64,000 nt of DNA from Mobula hypostoma (GCF_963921235.1 NC_086118.1:16370001-16434000), one strand, 5' to 3'; numbered from the stretch's first letter, positions 20,363 through 34,865 are shown. The notes: a model not told the origin generated them from the letters alone. Translations and numbers: made by a program.

Positions 20363-23300
20363 ATCTATGATCTATGATCTGGCTACAATAAGGATGCCAT
20401 ACATAGGATCACAAGGCTTTCACAATATAAAAAAGGATTTTCCAGGGCACATCACATGTTTGTACATCACCTGCCTATGAATTGTCATTCATTGGATTAA
20501 ATAAAAGAATATTTTCGGGCTTGAAATTTCCCAAAATGCACAATTAGCATTGTTGCAAAGGTAGATATGGAAAATATTTTGTTTTCATAAATTTTAATAT
20601 GCTGTATATCTGTAAAATTGTACACCTGTGTGCTGTTTCATCAATTTTTTTCAGACTCCTTGCTCCAGTCTTTTGAATGAAGACCTATTGCTGATGAGGT
20701 CAATAGAAGATAGATCAAACCATTCATTTTGTTGGGATTGACTCTCAGCTTGCCAAATGGGCCAGGCAATTACTATCAATGGAATAAAAATCAGAAAACT
20801 TATTTACCAGAGAAACAATCCACAGAAGTCATTTAGTGCCTGTGACCAAAGATCACCAGCAGAATATTGTGTCCTTACCACTGATTCATGGTGAAGCTCA
20901 TTAAAATCTAGGAAAATATGAATAACTTAGATGAAAGTGCTCCAGAGGTCCTAATTATGGTAAAGATTTATTATTGATATATTAAATAACATATAGTCTC
21001 TGGAACTTATGTTCACACAAGCCAGCTCCCAACCCTACTCATTCAATTGTATCAGTGATCAAATCTTCTTCAGACCATTTAGCCATGCATTTTGTTATAT
21101 GTTTGGGTGTTAATTGCTCTTGGGAGAGTGGGAAAGTTTGGAAAGCAGATATGTGTGGGATTATATGGTGTATGCAATGTTCTGAGAATATACTACACTT
21201 CTTCCTTAGTAGTACCATGACAATCTGTTCTATGGTATCAACACCAGAGTGATGAGGTTGGAAGTCGTGCCTAAAGCCTTCCCTTTAAAGATGTTGACAG
21301 ATGCTGCATCTAGCATAACTTTCATGGCAAACTCAGCTGCAAAATTCCCTTTGAGTGGTATTTTGGACATAATCTTTATCGATGATCCTTTGAGACATTT
21401 AGCTCAATTTTGCTGTGCAAACTACCATCTCACAACACCCTACTTTCTAATCATCAGCACTGCTCTGTGCACCCTAGATGATACTGCCTTGAAATTGGAG
21501 TTCAGACTTAGTTGGAGAAATTGGATACGATGTTTAGAGCTAAACTGAAATGAAGGGATCCATTAACACTCCCTCCTCAAGTAAAGAAATCACAGAATTA
21601 GGAAAATTCAGCTTTCTAATACTTTTAGATTAGTTTTCACCCTGATTGTTGTGTTAAGATAGCACTTGCCCAGTTAACAAAATCAGCAACCACAGCCATT
21701 ATTCCTAGGAATCGTAGGAATTGGGCATAAAAGGCTGCTGAGAAGACAAAGGAAATTGCAGGGAAAGGTGGGGAGGGGGCATGAGTTTTAAGTCTGTCCA
21801 CCTCTACGTATCCATGACCAATGAAGATAAAATCTTGTGAATAGCCCGAGTCCGATCAGACAAGGGCTGTCCATTCTGTAGAGAATCAGAATCGGAATTA
21901 GGTTTAATATCACTGAAAAAGTCATAAAACTTGTTACCTTAGCTCACAGTTTGTGGGACATGGTAATGATGTGTGTGAAATATAGAGGGTATTAAGAACT
22001 TAGTCAGGTAAATGCTAACAAGTAGATATGTAGACTTAAGTAGATGTTGTAATAAGCAAATAATAAATAGGTGAATATTGAAATTCCGTTGGGACCCTTT
22101 AATTCATGTGCTCCAATCATGCACTTCATGTGTTTTGGGAATTAAAAAGCAAAGTTCATAGCTTGCTCTAACCTCAGAAATAAATCAAAGAAGAACATTA
22201 TGCACATTGATTAAAAACATGAATGATGTCGATGAAATGTCATCTGTGGTAAGATGAATCATACCCTGGAGTGTTCAGTTTTGTAATGGGTGGGATTTTA
22301 ACTGGAAACAGTCATTACCATGTTAAAAAGTGCACAAACCAGCCTAAAATATAATTTTCAAACTAACAGCCAGTTCCTTCTCATGCATTTCTTGAGGCCT
22401 CACACTGTAGAACACTGGTCCACATGCAGGACACAGTGTCCCTCACCATTACATGAATCACAGTGATGAAAGCTGAACAGATCATGAAGAGATTCAATGG
22501 TTTTGATCACCAAAGCCAACACAAATATAATTAAATAAAAGGATATCCTTACAATGTAAAAGTTAGGCAGACAACAGGAGGCACACTAGTCTTTTATATG
22601 ATACAAAAAAAAAACCTGCCCAGAGTGTCTACAGTCTCCTTGCCAAATATGATGCTTGGCTTATGGAGCTTAGGGGAAAATGAAGTTCTGATTCTGAATA
22701 GAAAGCATCAATGGGTCTCCTTAGAACATCCATCAACACTAGAGGGTGCAGCTGCATTGGTCAACAATTAAAATGAATATATTTTTGTCAGACTAATCCC
22801 TGTAGGACAGAAATTGAAAAGAAGGAAGTAGTCTGTGAAATATAACTATTTTGTTAATAGGTAAAAATAACATTGTCAGTTTAGGTTCATGAACTTTAAG
22901 CTGTAAATTGGTTTGAGCCAGCAACTTAGAGAATCACTTGACCTGGCCGGAACGTAAGTTGTGTTTATTTGTACAATTGCACGTTCCAGCTTCTATCTGC
23001 TGCTCATTTACTGCATGAGAACATATGCACGAGCAAGAAAGTGACAGCTACAGAGACACAAGTTGTAAGAATGACACACTGATAAAGTTAAATTTTAGCA
23101 GATTTAGAAACTCACAAAGGAACAAAGAAAAAGGAAGAGCAGGGAGAATGTCTTAGAATAATAAAACAATATTTGCATCATCTGTCAATTGCCGATTCTA
23201 TCTGATAAAAGATGATGCGTGCATGATTCCCTGTATTTGTACTAGAATAGCTACTAGCTGAAGGGCTGTTTTGGAATTGTAATTCTGAAAACACAAAGCA

Positions 23301-23899
23301 ATATTACTGCCCATCCCTGAATATAGAAAGTTAAAGCACTTTTACTTGAAAGTTATAATCAAAATTAGGGGAACAAATGGCCCGTAGCTGTAAATTATGT
23401 GTGATTCATAAACAGAAACACGTGAGTGGAGCTCTGGGACTGACTGCCAGATCTGATGCCACAGTGTGTCTTCAGGACTTAGCCAGATTCCCAGATGGGA
23501 CTCTACACACTAAAAAATCAAATGTACCTGGAGAAAGAACTGGAGACTGGGTAGCATCTCCTTATGCTCTTAAGGAATGATAAAATCCTTATCAGAATAG
23601 TGTCGTCTTTCATCTGTTTTTAAAGCATTATTTGCATAACTATTCACAATGATATTTACATTTGCACATGTATACATAATAGGTTGGTAGTGAAATTAGG
23701 AAATTGCTTTGTAGGTGAAAAATAAAAGGGAAGTTATAAATTTGAAAGACAGAAAATTATATGATCTTTAGAAGCCTGTTTAAAGTAGCCTCAGTATTGC
23801 AGGTTATTCCAAATCTAAATGGGCAAAGTGCTAAGCACTGAGTGGCAAATGTAAATGAGAAAGAAATTTGTGATGGTAGTTGTTTTGCCTTGTAACTCC

Positions 23900-24031
23900 A
23901 GAAACAACTAATGTTTAATCAAACAATATATTTACAAAGTTACTCAAATATTATTGAAATATTAAATACACACTGCATAGCTATAAAATCCAACTCCAGC
24001 TCTAATATAGAGTGCAACTTAACTCAAGTAT

Positions 24032-24087
<56 letters not shown>

Positions 24088-24450
24088 ATTACGTAATATA
24101 ACTACGATATAGATATTCATGGCATTGTGAATTTTAAACTGTCCCATTCAGGCCTACACATTTAATATCTGCAAAGGATTTCTTACTCTTGTGGGATAAC
24201 AACTTTCCTGAAAAGGTGGTCACTCTGCGTGGCAGGTGACACATATGGCTTTAAAACTATCTCAGGTTCTGGTGGTTGTATGTATGAATTGACCCTGGGA
24301 CTATAGGAAGTAGTTCTGACAGCTCTGGACCCTTCTTCTCTAACAATTGACTCTGGTATCCTCAACTGATTGATGTGTTGTCTCCAGAGAACATCAGATG
24401 CAATCTCCACCAGTAAGTGGTACAGGTAAGATCAGCAAGTTAAATATAAC
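23900..24450 (-). mobile_element. Decayed Gypsy integrase C-terminus / LTR remnant, with (CA)n at about 24035-24082
   Basis: VLWRQHINQLR resembles the Gypsy integrase tail WRRHxDQL. Boundaries uncertain. Confidence 0.45.
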
Positions 24451-24454
24451 ATAC

Positions 24455-24875
24455 GATCAGATTGTCCCTACCTATCGCCTGCCCAAGATTGTGCTGTATG
24501 GCGAACTCTCTACCAGCCACCGTGACAGAGGAGCACCAAAGAAGAGGGTACAAGGACTCTCTGAAGAAATCCCTTCATGCCTGTCACATTGACCATCGCC
24601 AGTCGTCTAATCTAGCCTCCGATCGTGAGGCCTGGCGACACACCATTCACCAGTCTGTCTCCTCGTTCGAGAACACACGCAGGGCTGGCATTGAGGACAA
24701 AAGGAGAAGGAGGAAGAACCGTGACACAGCAGCACCAAACCCAGATCAGAATTTACTTTGCAGCTGCCGTGGCCGGTCCAGCCTGTCCCATATTAGTCTC
24801 GCCAGCCACCAGCAAGCCTGCAGAAGACATGGGCTCCTAAGTCTTCATTCGCGAAGATAAGCCATGATGATGACC
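24455..24875 (+). mobile_element. RTE-clade LINE 3' fragment
   Basis: RLPKIVLYGEL..RGAPKKR, YKDSLK, DREAWR, C-terminal zinc-finger remnant, (GAT)n tail. Confidence 0.8.
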
Positions 24876-25702
24876 ACATTTTACTAGGTCAATGTTCTCT
24901 TTTGAAAACTGTTTGTTTTGATGCCTTTCTCAGTTTTTGCTATCCATGAACCCAGCTTATACCTTGTAAGTGAAGAGTAAATTTAAAGAAGTAAAGGATA
25001 AAATAAATTGGATTCTGTCACAAATTGTAGCTATCAAAAGCACACTACAACAGGAAGAGGGAATAGTAATCTCAGATATGATTCTGCAAAGCCCCTGGTC
25101 TGATGATGACATTGTGGTGGATCGTGTATTAGCTTCAGGGAAATTTCCCTGAAAGTGGCATCACAGGTAGATAAATAGACAGATAGAAACATTATTGATC
25201 CCAAAGGAAATTACAGTGTCACAGTAGCATTACAATTGCGCAGGTATACAAATATTAGAAGAGAAGTGACAAAGAATAAAAAAATAAGTTACCTCATTTG
25301 AACAGGAGGTGGTCAGCCTAATAGCTGAGGGTAAGAATGACTTCATTAAGAGCTCTTTGGAGCAGGACAGTTGTCTGTCTATTACTAAAGGTGATCCTCT
25401 GTTCAGCCAAGGTGAATGCAGGGGACAAGAAACATTGTCCAGATCTCTCAGGGTGTTCTGTAGGGTCCTTTGTTCTACCGCAGCCTCCAGCGTATCCAGT
25501 TTGTCTCCTATAACAGAGCCAGCTTTTCTAATCAGTTTATTGAGGCTGTTAGCATCACCCATATTGATGCCATTGCCCCAGCACACCACTGCGTAGAAGA
25601 TTGTACTGGACACAACAGACTGGTTGAACATGTGAAGGACAGGCCTGCATTCTCCAAAGGGCCTTGGTCTCCACAGAAAGTACAGGCAAATTTGGTCCTT
25701 CT

Positions 25703-27050
25703 CAAACATCCCACCTCTCCCGGAAGTTCCGGCAGTCTCCCGTATATCGATAGTGGCTCCCTGACGCCCGGAAATTATATACAATATCCCGGAAGTAGAT
25801 TTTTTTGAGAAAGAGAGGGAGAGGGAGAGCGAGCATCCAGATTGGTCTCTCTTCGTGCTAAGAGTGGTCCCCATCCACCGGGCCACGAGGAAACAATATG
25901 ATTTGGCGATATGAGTCAGCGGCACCTTTCCTCATTCCCTGTCACCCACTGTTGGAACTTGAACGCATGCGAGGTCATTACCTGCGCGTAATCCATGTCA
26001 GCGCGGGAGGAGATCAACTCCTCGAGCTTGCAAATGACGGCGGGCTGAAAAGTATGTTTGACATAACATCACTGCTGGCATTCTGGATCAAAGTCAAGGC
26101 TGAGATAGCCATGTAAGCACTGAAAACGCTGCTTCCATTTCCAACATCATATTGCTGCGAAGCGGAATTTTCTGCAATGAAAACTAAATTGCGGAATAGA
26201 CTGGATATAAGGAACCCCCTTCGAGTATCACTGTCTCCCATCACCCCTCCATGGCACCGTCTTGTTGCAGGGAAACAAGCCCAGGGCTCCCACTGATTCA
26301 GCGATATTGGTGTGTTGCAATGATTTTATATTTCATACAGGGAAAATATATGCTGTGTGTTTAATATCCAAACGTTACTTAAAATGTTATGATGCGATTG
26401 ACTTATAATTGACTTATCACCTATATTCCGGTCGTGATTAACAACCCGCAGCACCCCCCCACCCCCCGGTCAGCTGGTCCGCAAGAGTATTGTCAATATT
26501 AAACCGGTCTGCGGTGCAAAAAATGTTGGGGACTCCTGCTAAGTAGACCTATCAGTTTTCTGTGGGCAGGCTTTACAGTCGACCTCAAAAATAATGACAG
26601 TGCTGCTCATTGCACTGTTTGCAACAGTGACTTTTCTATTGTCCATGGTGGGTTAAAATGTAAAAGACATGTTGAGATGAGTTTAACAGGTGTCACTCAT
26701 TCATTAGCATAGCTAACGTTATTTAAACTAGCTGGCTAGCTGCCAAGGAGCTACGCTATTTATGTCCTACGTGATGAGGCCAAACTCCCTGTAGACTTGC
26801 TTAAAGTTGTAATAGAATAAACATGATGATATAATGTAATATAAGTACATATTTTAATGTCACATTTTCTGCATATATGCAACTTGGTTTACAGATTAGA
26901 CAAAATCATTAAACAAAGTATTACATACACCCTTGGAGGTCGACGGGGGTGGGGGGGGTGAGGGATATGGGGTTGCGGGGGGCAGGGGTGATACCTCCCT
27001 GAAATGGTGGTGATACCTCCCTGAAATGAGTTTTTGCAGGGTGGGATCTG
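25703..27050. mobile_element. Non-autonomous DNA transposon (MITE-like)
   Basis: Inverted ends atcccacc / ggtgggat; flanking duplication ccttct; interrupts the LINE. Confidence 0.55.
25863..26538 (+). mobile_element. hAT (Charlie/Buster-like) deletion derivative
   Basis: TIR-like agtggtcccca / ttggggactcctg. Transposase C-terminus FWIKVK..ALKTLLPFPTSYCCEAEFS..KTKLRNRLD..KQAQGSH*. Confidence 0.85.
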
Positions 27051-28031
27051 CCTTCTTGTACACAGCCTTTGTGTTGGTGCTCCACTCAAGTCTGTCATTC
27101 AGGTACACCCCAGATACTTGTAGGTCCTCACCACATCCACATCCTCACCATCAAGAATAACAGGCTTAGTCTTCCTAAAGTCCATCACCATCTCCTTTGT
27201 CTTACTGATGTTGAGCTGCAGATGATTCAGCTTGCACCATTTGATGAAGTCCACCACCAGGGCCCTGCAGTCATCCTCTTTTCCTCCCCATATACACCCA
27301 ACTATTGCTGAGTCATCAGGGAGTTTCTACAGATAACATGACTCATAGTTGTATCTAAAGTCTGAGGTATACAGGGTAAACAGGAAGGGTGCCAGTGGGG
27401 CCCCAATGCTGCTTATAGCCATGTCTGACACACAGCTCTGAAGCCACACAAACTGGTCTGCCAGTCAGGTGGTCCATTACCCAGGATACAATGGAAGTGC
27501 CAACCTGCATTGAACAGAGCTTTTCCCCCAGTGATGAGGGCTGTATGGTATTGAAGGCACTGGAGAAATCAAAAAACACAGGCTGCCCTTCTTACCCAAG
27601 TGGGGGTAGGCCCTGTTCAGCAGGTAGATGACAGCATCGTTGACTCCAATCTGCAGGGGGTCGAGGGCTGATCTGACCAGGGTCGGAGCTGAGCCAAGAC
27701 CAGCCTCTTTAGGTCTTCACGATGCGTGAGGTCAGGGCCACCGGATGGTAGTCATTCAAGACTTTCGGTTGGCCCTTCTTGGATACTGGGTCCACACATG
27801 ATGTTTTCCACAGAGTCAGGACCCTTTCCAGGCTGAGACTCGGATTGAAAATGCGCTGGAGAACTCCACACAGCTGCTCAGCACACTCCTCCAGGACCCT
27901 GGGGTACACACTATCCAGTCCCAATGCTTTGCCGTGTCTGAGTTTCCCAAAGCCTGTAGTGTGGTATAGGTGGCATTCAGCTATTGGTGATCTGAGTGTA
28001 GGGGTTGGGTTGTATGTTACTGCAGGAAAGT

Positions 28032-31000
28032 TGTTATAACCACGGACTCTACCACAGGGTCTGTGTGCCCTTGCAGACAGGCTGTGGGTGGGTTCAGCAG
28101 TCACGCTCGGGAGTATGAACATTCCAGCCAATTAGTGTTTCATTGAGGCGATATTTAACTCAATTGCTCTTTGTTCCAGTCTTGTCAAGATTTTACCAAA
28201 AGCACGGCAACATTTACACTCCCTGCACGCCTTCGTACTTGTTCCGCGATCGATTGATGCTTCAAAGGAGCTGTATTCATTTAGTAATAAGTTACTGCTT
28301 CCTAGCCACAGTGTTGACATTAGCTTTCCGTCTGAGAGATTTAACCGCCATGTTGGCCTAGCTTTTATTGTTTTTCCTTTTTCCCTGCTCAGTTCTTATT
28401 AAAAGTCAGTGAACTGTTCATCCACTTCAGTATCTCTCCCTCTGCACTTGGGCTGTAACCTCACGTTTGTGTTGGCAAGTCTTGATCAACTAAAATGGAC
28501 CCAGCGGAGAGAGAGCAGCACTGAATTTTGTTGGGCAGGCAGGAGAGCAGCAAAAGCCAGCAGAAGCTACTTTGGCTGATGCAGCTTGTACGGTGCGACA
28601 ACTATTTGCAGAGTGGTAAGCCCTATCCAAATCAAAGTTCATTAAAGAGAATGGAGTCTGAGTTGGCTGAAATGGCTAGCACAGTGTAGCAATTACTTTC
28701 AGAGCGGCAAGCCCAGAATGAACAGGAAGAACAGGCACCAGTGCTCACCGTGACGGTTTGGCAACTCAGCAGTCAGTCAGAATCAAGTGGCAAGTTTTAC
28801 TGCTCTCACAGCTGTGGTTCAGCAGTCCAGTACTGATAGGCAGAATCTAGTGGCAGCCATTACCATTCTCAGTAATGCAGTGCAGTAGTAGCAACCTTCA
28901 GCCAGAACAGTTTCGCTCCCCATATTGCCAACATCGTCCCCTGTTATGGTGTCATCAGCCTCGGGCACGAATGCCCCGATTCCCTTCGCAGTTCCTGAGT
29001 CAGAGCTGATACTCTGGTGACCCCAATGGCTGCAGGAACTTTATTACACAGTGTGACTGATTTTCCAAGCCAGCCAGGTTGGTTCAGTGATGATATGTGT
29101 AAAGTGGCTTACATAGTGAATCTCTTGGATGGATCCCCACCTAGACTGTTCAGCACTCTAAGAGAACAAGGTATCCCTGCAGCCCAGTCCTTTCAATGAT
29201 GCGTGGGTGAGCTCAAGAGGGTCTTAATTTTCCAGTATGGGATCAGGAGGCAGCCCACTAACTTCTGGACCTGTGCCAATGGAAAGGGAGAGTGAGGGAA
29301 TTCATAGTAAAGTTCCGCACGCTTACAGTTGAGATGGAGTGGAATGAGTGATCCCTCATCACTGCATTGCAGTGTGGCTGAGAACGCCCTGAGTTTCCTA
29401 CTCTGGATCACTGTCTGTCTTCACCCTCTCTCTCATCCCCCAGTGGCCAGTACATGGAAGAGCCTATGCAGGCGAGGCACGAGTGCCTGTCTCAGGAGGA
29501 ACGAGATTGGCACGGGATACCAGGCTCCTCTCCCTACTATGGCATTCCATGGTACTTCCGGATACAGTATCACATCCCAAGTGCCCGGTAAAAGAGTATA
29601 CTCATTAGCAGGAAAGAGAATATGGACGGGTCAATTCTCCCTCCAAGCATCGTTGCCCAGCTTCCTTGTTGTGGGCTTCCCAGACCCATCAGCTCCAGCC
29701 ATTTATCGACTCTGGGCCAGCAGGGGACCTCATGGATGTTTCTCTGGCTCAGAGATGGAGAGCTCCGACTCAGCAATTGAGAGAGAGTGGGGATACCATG
29801 CCTCTGTGCACTGGCAAGATCCACCTTTTCACAGAACCCCGCCAATTTGTGCTAGAGGGCAACCATAGGGAACAGCTCTCCTCTCTTGTTCATTCAGCTG
29901 AACTGCTGCTGATGCTTGGTTTTCCCTGGCTATCTCGACACAGCCAATAGATCAACTGACCCCTAAAGATGCTCCAAGAGTGAGGGCTGACATGTATGTC
30001 CACCAGCTCAAGATCCTGTCAACGTATCCCCTCCTGTGCCAACTGCTAGTTTGGACCTGTCTGGTGTTCCAGCTGAATTTGCTGACCACCTTTTGGCCTC
30101 CTCCCTGCCTCCCCACCAGCCATACGGCTGCAACATTGACTTCTTACCCAGTACTAGCTCTCCCCACAAACAAGAGAAAATCTGCAGATGCTGGAAATTT
30201 GAGCAACACACACTAAATGCTGGAGGAACTGAGCAGGCCAGGCAGCATCTATGGTAAAGAGTACAGTTGACATTTCGTGCCGAAACCCTTTGGTAGGGCT
30301 GGAAAACAAAAAAGCTGAGGAGTAGATTTAAAAGGTGTTTGGGGAGGGGGAGGGGAGAGAGAAACGCCAGGTGATAGGTGAAACCTGGAGGGGGAGGGAT
30401 GAAGTAAAGAACTGGGAAGTTGATTGGTGAAAGAGACAGAAGGCCATGGAAGAATGAAAAAGGTAGGGTGGGTGGATTTCCAGAGGGAGGTGATGGGCAA
30501 GCAAGAAGATGAAGTGAGAGAGGGTAAAGGGGATGGGAAATGGTGAAGGGGGGGGTGTGGGGCATTACTGGAACTTTGAGAAATCGATGTTCATGCCATC
30601 AGGGTAGAGGCTACCCAAACAGAGTATAAGGTATTTTTCCTCCAACCTAAGTGTGGCCTCATCACAACAGTGGAGGAGGCCATGGATGGACATATCAGAA
30701 TGAGAATGGGAAGTGGAATTAAAATGGGCGGCCACTAGGAGATCCCACTTGTTCTGGCAGATGGAGCGTAGATGCTCAGCGAAGTTGTCTCCCTTTCTAT
30801 GGTGGGTCTCACCGACGTACAGGAGGCCACACCAGGTGCACCAAACACAGTAAATGACCCCAACAGACTCACAGGTGAAATGTCACCTCACCTGGAGGGA
30901 CTGTTTAGGGCCCAGGATGGTAGTGAGGGAGGAGGTGTAGGGGCAGGTGTAGCATTTGTTCCATTTGCAAGGAGGGACATCAGTGGGGAGGGACAAATGG

Positions 31001-34000
31001 ACAAGAGAGTCACATGGGGAGGGATCCCTGAGGAAAGCAGAAAGTGGGTGGGGGGGGAGGGAAATATATGATTGGTGGTGGGATCTCTTTGGAGGTGGTG
31101 GAAGTTTCAGAGAATCTGCGCTGGACACAGATGCTAGTGGGGTGGTAGGTGAGGACAAGAGGAACTCTATCCCTGGTAGGGTGGCGGGAAGATGGAGTAA
31201 GAGCAGACGTGCATGAAATGGAAGAGATGCAGTTGAGAGCAGTGTTGATGGTAGAGGAAGGGAAGTCTCTCTCTTTGAAAAAGGAGGACATCTCCTTCAT
31301 TCTAGAATGAAAAACCTCATCCTGAGGGCAGATGAGATGAAGGTGGAGGAATTGAGAGAAGGGTATGGTGTTTTTACTAGCTTTCCCCAGTTTGACTCTT
31401 TACCCTCTCTTGTTCTGAGTTGGTGGCCTTTGGAGGATAAGTCAAGAAAGCATTGGCCTGAGGATTTATCCATTCATCAACCTCACCAGCAGGGTCCAGC
31501 TTCTTTTTTGTGAGCAAGAAGGATGGCAAGCTCCACCCCTGCTACCCTCTTCCCCTGCTTGCCTCTGTGTTTGAACATCTCCAAGGAGCAAACCTATTTT
31601 CCAAGGTAGAGCTGCATAATGCTTACAACCTGGTTCATATCTGAGAAGGGGACGTGGAAGATGCATTCAACAACTCCATTGGCCACTATGGGTACCTCAT
31701 GATGCTTTTTGTCTGGCCAACACTGCTGCTGTTTTTCAGGCCCTGGTCAATGATGTGCTCTGGAATATGTTGAACCTGTTTGATTTTGTGTATTTGGTTG
31801 ACATTCTGATCTGTTCCCATTCATGCCAGGAACACGTATAGTATGCCCGGAGGGTTCTTGGATGACTCCTTGAGAATAACCTTTTCACCAAGCCAGAGAA
31901 GTGTAAGTTCCATAGAGAGCAGGTATCGTTTTTGGGCTATATACTCGCCCTTTTCAATGTTTGAATGGACCTATGCAAAGTTCAGGCAGTCATGGAGTGG
32001 CCCAAACCATCTTCAGGCAAATAGCTTCAGCGCTTCATGGGGTTTGCAAACTTTTTTTGCCAATTCATCAGAAATTTTAGTTCCATCGCAGGCCCAATAA
32101 ATTTACTCACCAGGAAGACTTCTGCAGGATTCCATTGGATAAACGAAGCCAACCAGGCATTCTCGGAACTGAAGTGATGCGTCACCACTGCCCTGGTGCT
32201 CCAACTCCCTGATCCATCCCAGCCATTCATTGTCGAGGTGGATGTTTCAGATGACAGTATTGGAACTGTACTCTCCCAGCGCTCTCCTGCATCCCTGTGC
32301 TTTTCTTTCCTGTTGCTTGACTCTGGCCGAGTGTAACTATGATATCGGGAGCCATGGTTGTCAAGGAAGACCTGGAAGTATGGTGACACTGGCTGGAAGG
32401 GGTAAGCATTCCTTTTTCACATGGACAGATCACAAGAACCTCTCCCACATTTGAGACATTCAGAGACTCAACACACATCAGGCCCATTGAGCTCTCTTCT
32501 TCACCTGATTTAATCTCACCCTAAGCTACCTTCCCAACAGTAAGAATACCAAGAACCATGCTCACTCCCCTCAGTTTACTGTGTTCGAGGACAATGCCAA
32601 TCCAGATCCCATCCTTCTTCGCTTGTGCATTACTGCTATAGTAATTTGGGTTATAGAGGTGGAGGTGAGGGCTGCCCAACAGTCAGATCCAGGCCCATTT
32701 GGGGATCTCCCAACTGGCTGTTGTCCCTGCTGTGCTGGACACTAGAATGTTGGAATGAGACACTCCTCCCATCTGGTTGGCCATCCAGAAATTCAATGGA
32801 TCCTGGAATTTATCAAGAAGTGATTTTGGTGGCCATCTAAGTCCCAGAATGTCCACAACTTTATCTCTGCCTTTCCCACTTGTGATCAAAATAAGACATC
32901 ATGCCAGCACTCTGTAGATCTGCTATCCTCTGCATGTGCCTACCTCCTCTGGTCCCACCTCTCAATGGACTTCATTGCTGGTCTGTCCCCATCTGAGAAA
33001 CGCAATACCAATCTGGTAGATGTGGACTAAATCTCAAGGCTGCTCACTTTCTAAGCTCCCGTTGGCTTGTCAGACTGCCAGCTTCAACGTTCAGCACACG
33101 CTCAAGCCGCACGGCTTTCCTTAGGACATCATGTCTGACTGAGGGCCACAGTTCACATGCTGTTTCTCGAAGGTCTTCTGTTCTCTTGTGGGAGCCGCAG
33201 ACAGCCTGTCATCTGGTTTCCACCCCAAATCTAACAACCAGACTGAGAAAGTGAATTAGGAGCTGGAGACAACCCCACAGAGCCTTCCCTCTTCCAACCC
33301 CATATCCTGGAGCTCCTAATTGGTTTGGGCAGAGATTGCCCACAAACCCCCCAGTTGCCCTCCATTGTCAAGTTAGAATCTTAGGATGCCAGAAGGAATT
33401 CCAGTCACCACTCTTCCCTCAACAAGAGATTGTCATGAAAGTCACTGCTGCTGAACAGTTGGTCCAATACTTCAAAAGCACGTGGAGATGGGCTGGGGCT
33501 TCTCTGCTCCAGGCTCAGAAATGACATGCACAGCAGGCTGATCAGCTCTGTTGACAGATGAGGCTTCTCAAACCAGGGGACAAAGTCTGGCTGGCACCTA
33601 GGGATCTTCACTTGAAAGTCAAGAGCCTGAAGTTGGCCTCATGCTACATGGGCCCATTTATGGTGGAGAAGGTTATCAGCAAGGTCTCATATAAATTGTG
33701 CCTACCATCATCAATGTGGATTCACCCAGAGTTCCATGTTTCTCAGCTCAAGCAGATGACAACCTTCCCCTTTGCTCCAATCACCCCCGTTCCCTCTCCT
33801 CCCTGCTTGGTGACTGAGTCCCTGGTCTATTCTGTGTGGCACTTCCTGGCATCTTACCAGATGTGGAGCAGGGTCCAGTACCTTGTAGACTGGGAGGGGT
33901 AAGGCCCTGACAAATGTTCTTGGGTTCTGGCCTATGAAATTCTGGACAAGGTTCTTTTCTGGGACTTCCGGCAGGCACAGGTCTCTGGCAGCTTGGGAGT

Positions 34001-34488
34001 TACACCAAGGCTGGGGTGCACTGTCACAATGATGGACTCTACTGTCGTACCTGCATACCCTCATAGGCAGGCTGTGGAGTAAGTTTGACAAACACTGTCA
34101 TGAATATGCATATTTCAGCTAATTAATGTTTCATTGAGGTGGTATTGAACTCCCGTCATCTCATTGAGTTTTGTCTTATTGAGTTTTGACCAAAAGTACA
34201 ATAATGCTTACGCTCCCTGCTTACCTTCGTCCTTGTTCCAAGAAAGAAGTCCATTGTTTTGATGGAAGCTGTAAAGGAGCAGTATTCAATTAGTAACAAG
34301 TTACTGCTTCCTAGTCACAGTGTTCGTGTAGCTTTCAGTTTGAGGATTGTAGTTAACAGCCCTGTTGTCCTAGCGTTTATTGATTTTCCTTTCTCCTTCA
34401 CAGTTCTTATTAGAATTCAGTGAACTGTTCATCTGCTTCAGTGTCTTTCCCTCCCGGGCTTGGGCCACAACCACTCATTTGTGTTATG
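28032..34488 (+). mobile_element. Old chromodomain Gypsy (Sushi-like) LTR retrotransposon, fully decayed
   Basis: Diverged LTRs at about 28032-28477 and 34022-34488. Gag start MDPA, protease FIDSG, RT/RH remnants (EVDVSD, TDHKNL), integrase GPF motif, chromodomain VQYLVDWEG. Confidence 0.85.
30165..31380 (-). mobile_element. Penelope-like element 3' portion
   Basis: MSSFFKERDFP, RVPLVLTYHP, PCKWNKCYTC, GIY-YIG region, shared terminus with degraded hammerhead. Confidence 0.85.
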
Positions 34489-34489
34489 T

Positions 34490-34865
34490 GAGCCTACAGG
34501 GTGATATAATAGAGCTTTATAGATTCATGAAGGGAATAGATAGGGTGAATGACACAGTTTTTTCCCAGGTAAAGGAGACCAAAAATTAGAGAGCATCGAT
34601 TCAAAGGGAGGGAAGAAAGATTTCAAAAAGAATTGAGGTGCTACATCTTCCTGAGGAGGGTGTTGCATATTTGGAATGAGCTGCCAGAGTTAGTGGTTGA
34701 GAGAGACACAATAACAACATCTACAGGCACAGACAGGAATATGGATAAGACAGGTTTTGAAGGATGTGGGCCAAATAAGATGAGCTCAGATGGGTGTCTT
34801 GGCTGACATGGATGATTTCAGCTAAAAGATCGGTTTGTGTGCAGACATATGACCCTATGACTTGA
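34490..34865 (+). mobile_element. Old CR1 3' fragment
   Basis: LQGDIIELYRFMKGIDRV, (TATGAC)n-like tail. Confidence 0.7.

Larger units (their letters stand above)
25170..27950 (-). mobile_element. Rex1/Babar-type LINE fragment interrupted by DNA transposons
   Basis: MFFDFSSAFNTIQP, LNDYHPVALTS, SFLPSAIRL. Coding pieces at 25290-25700 and 27050-27950. Confidence 0.75.
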
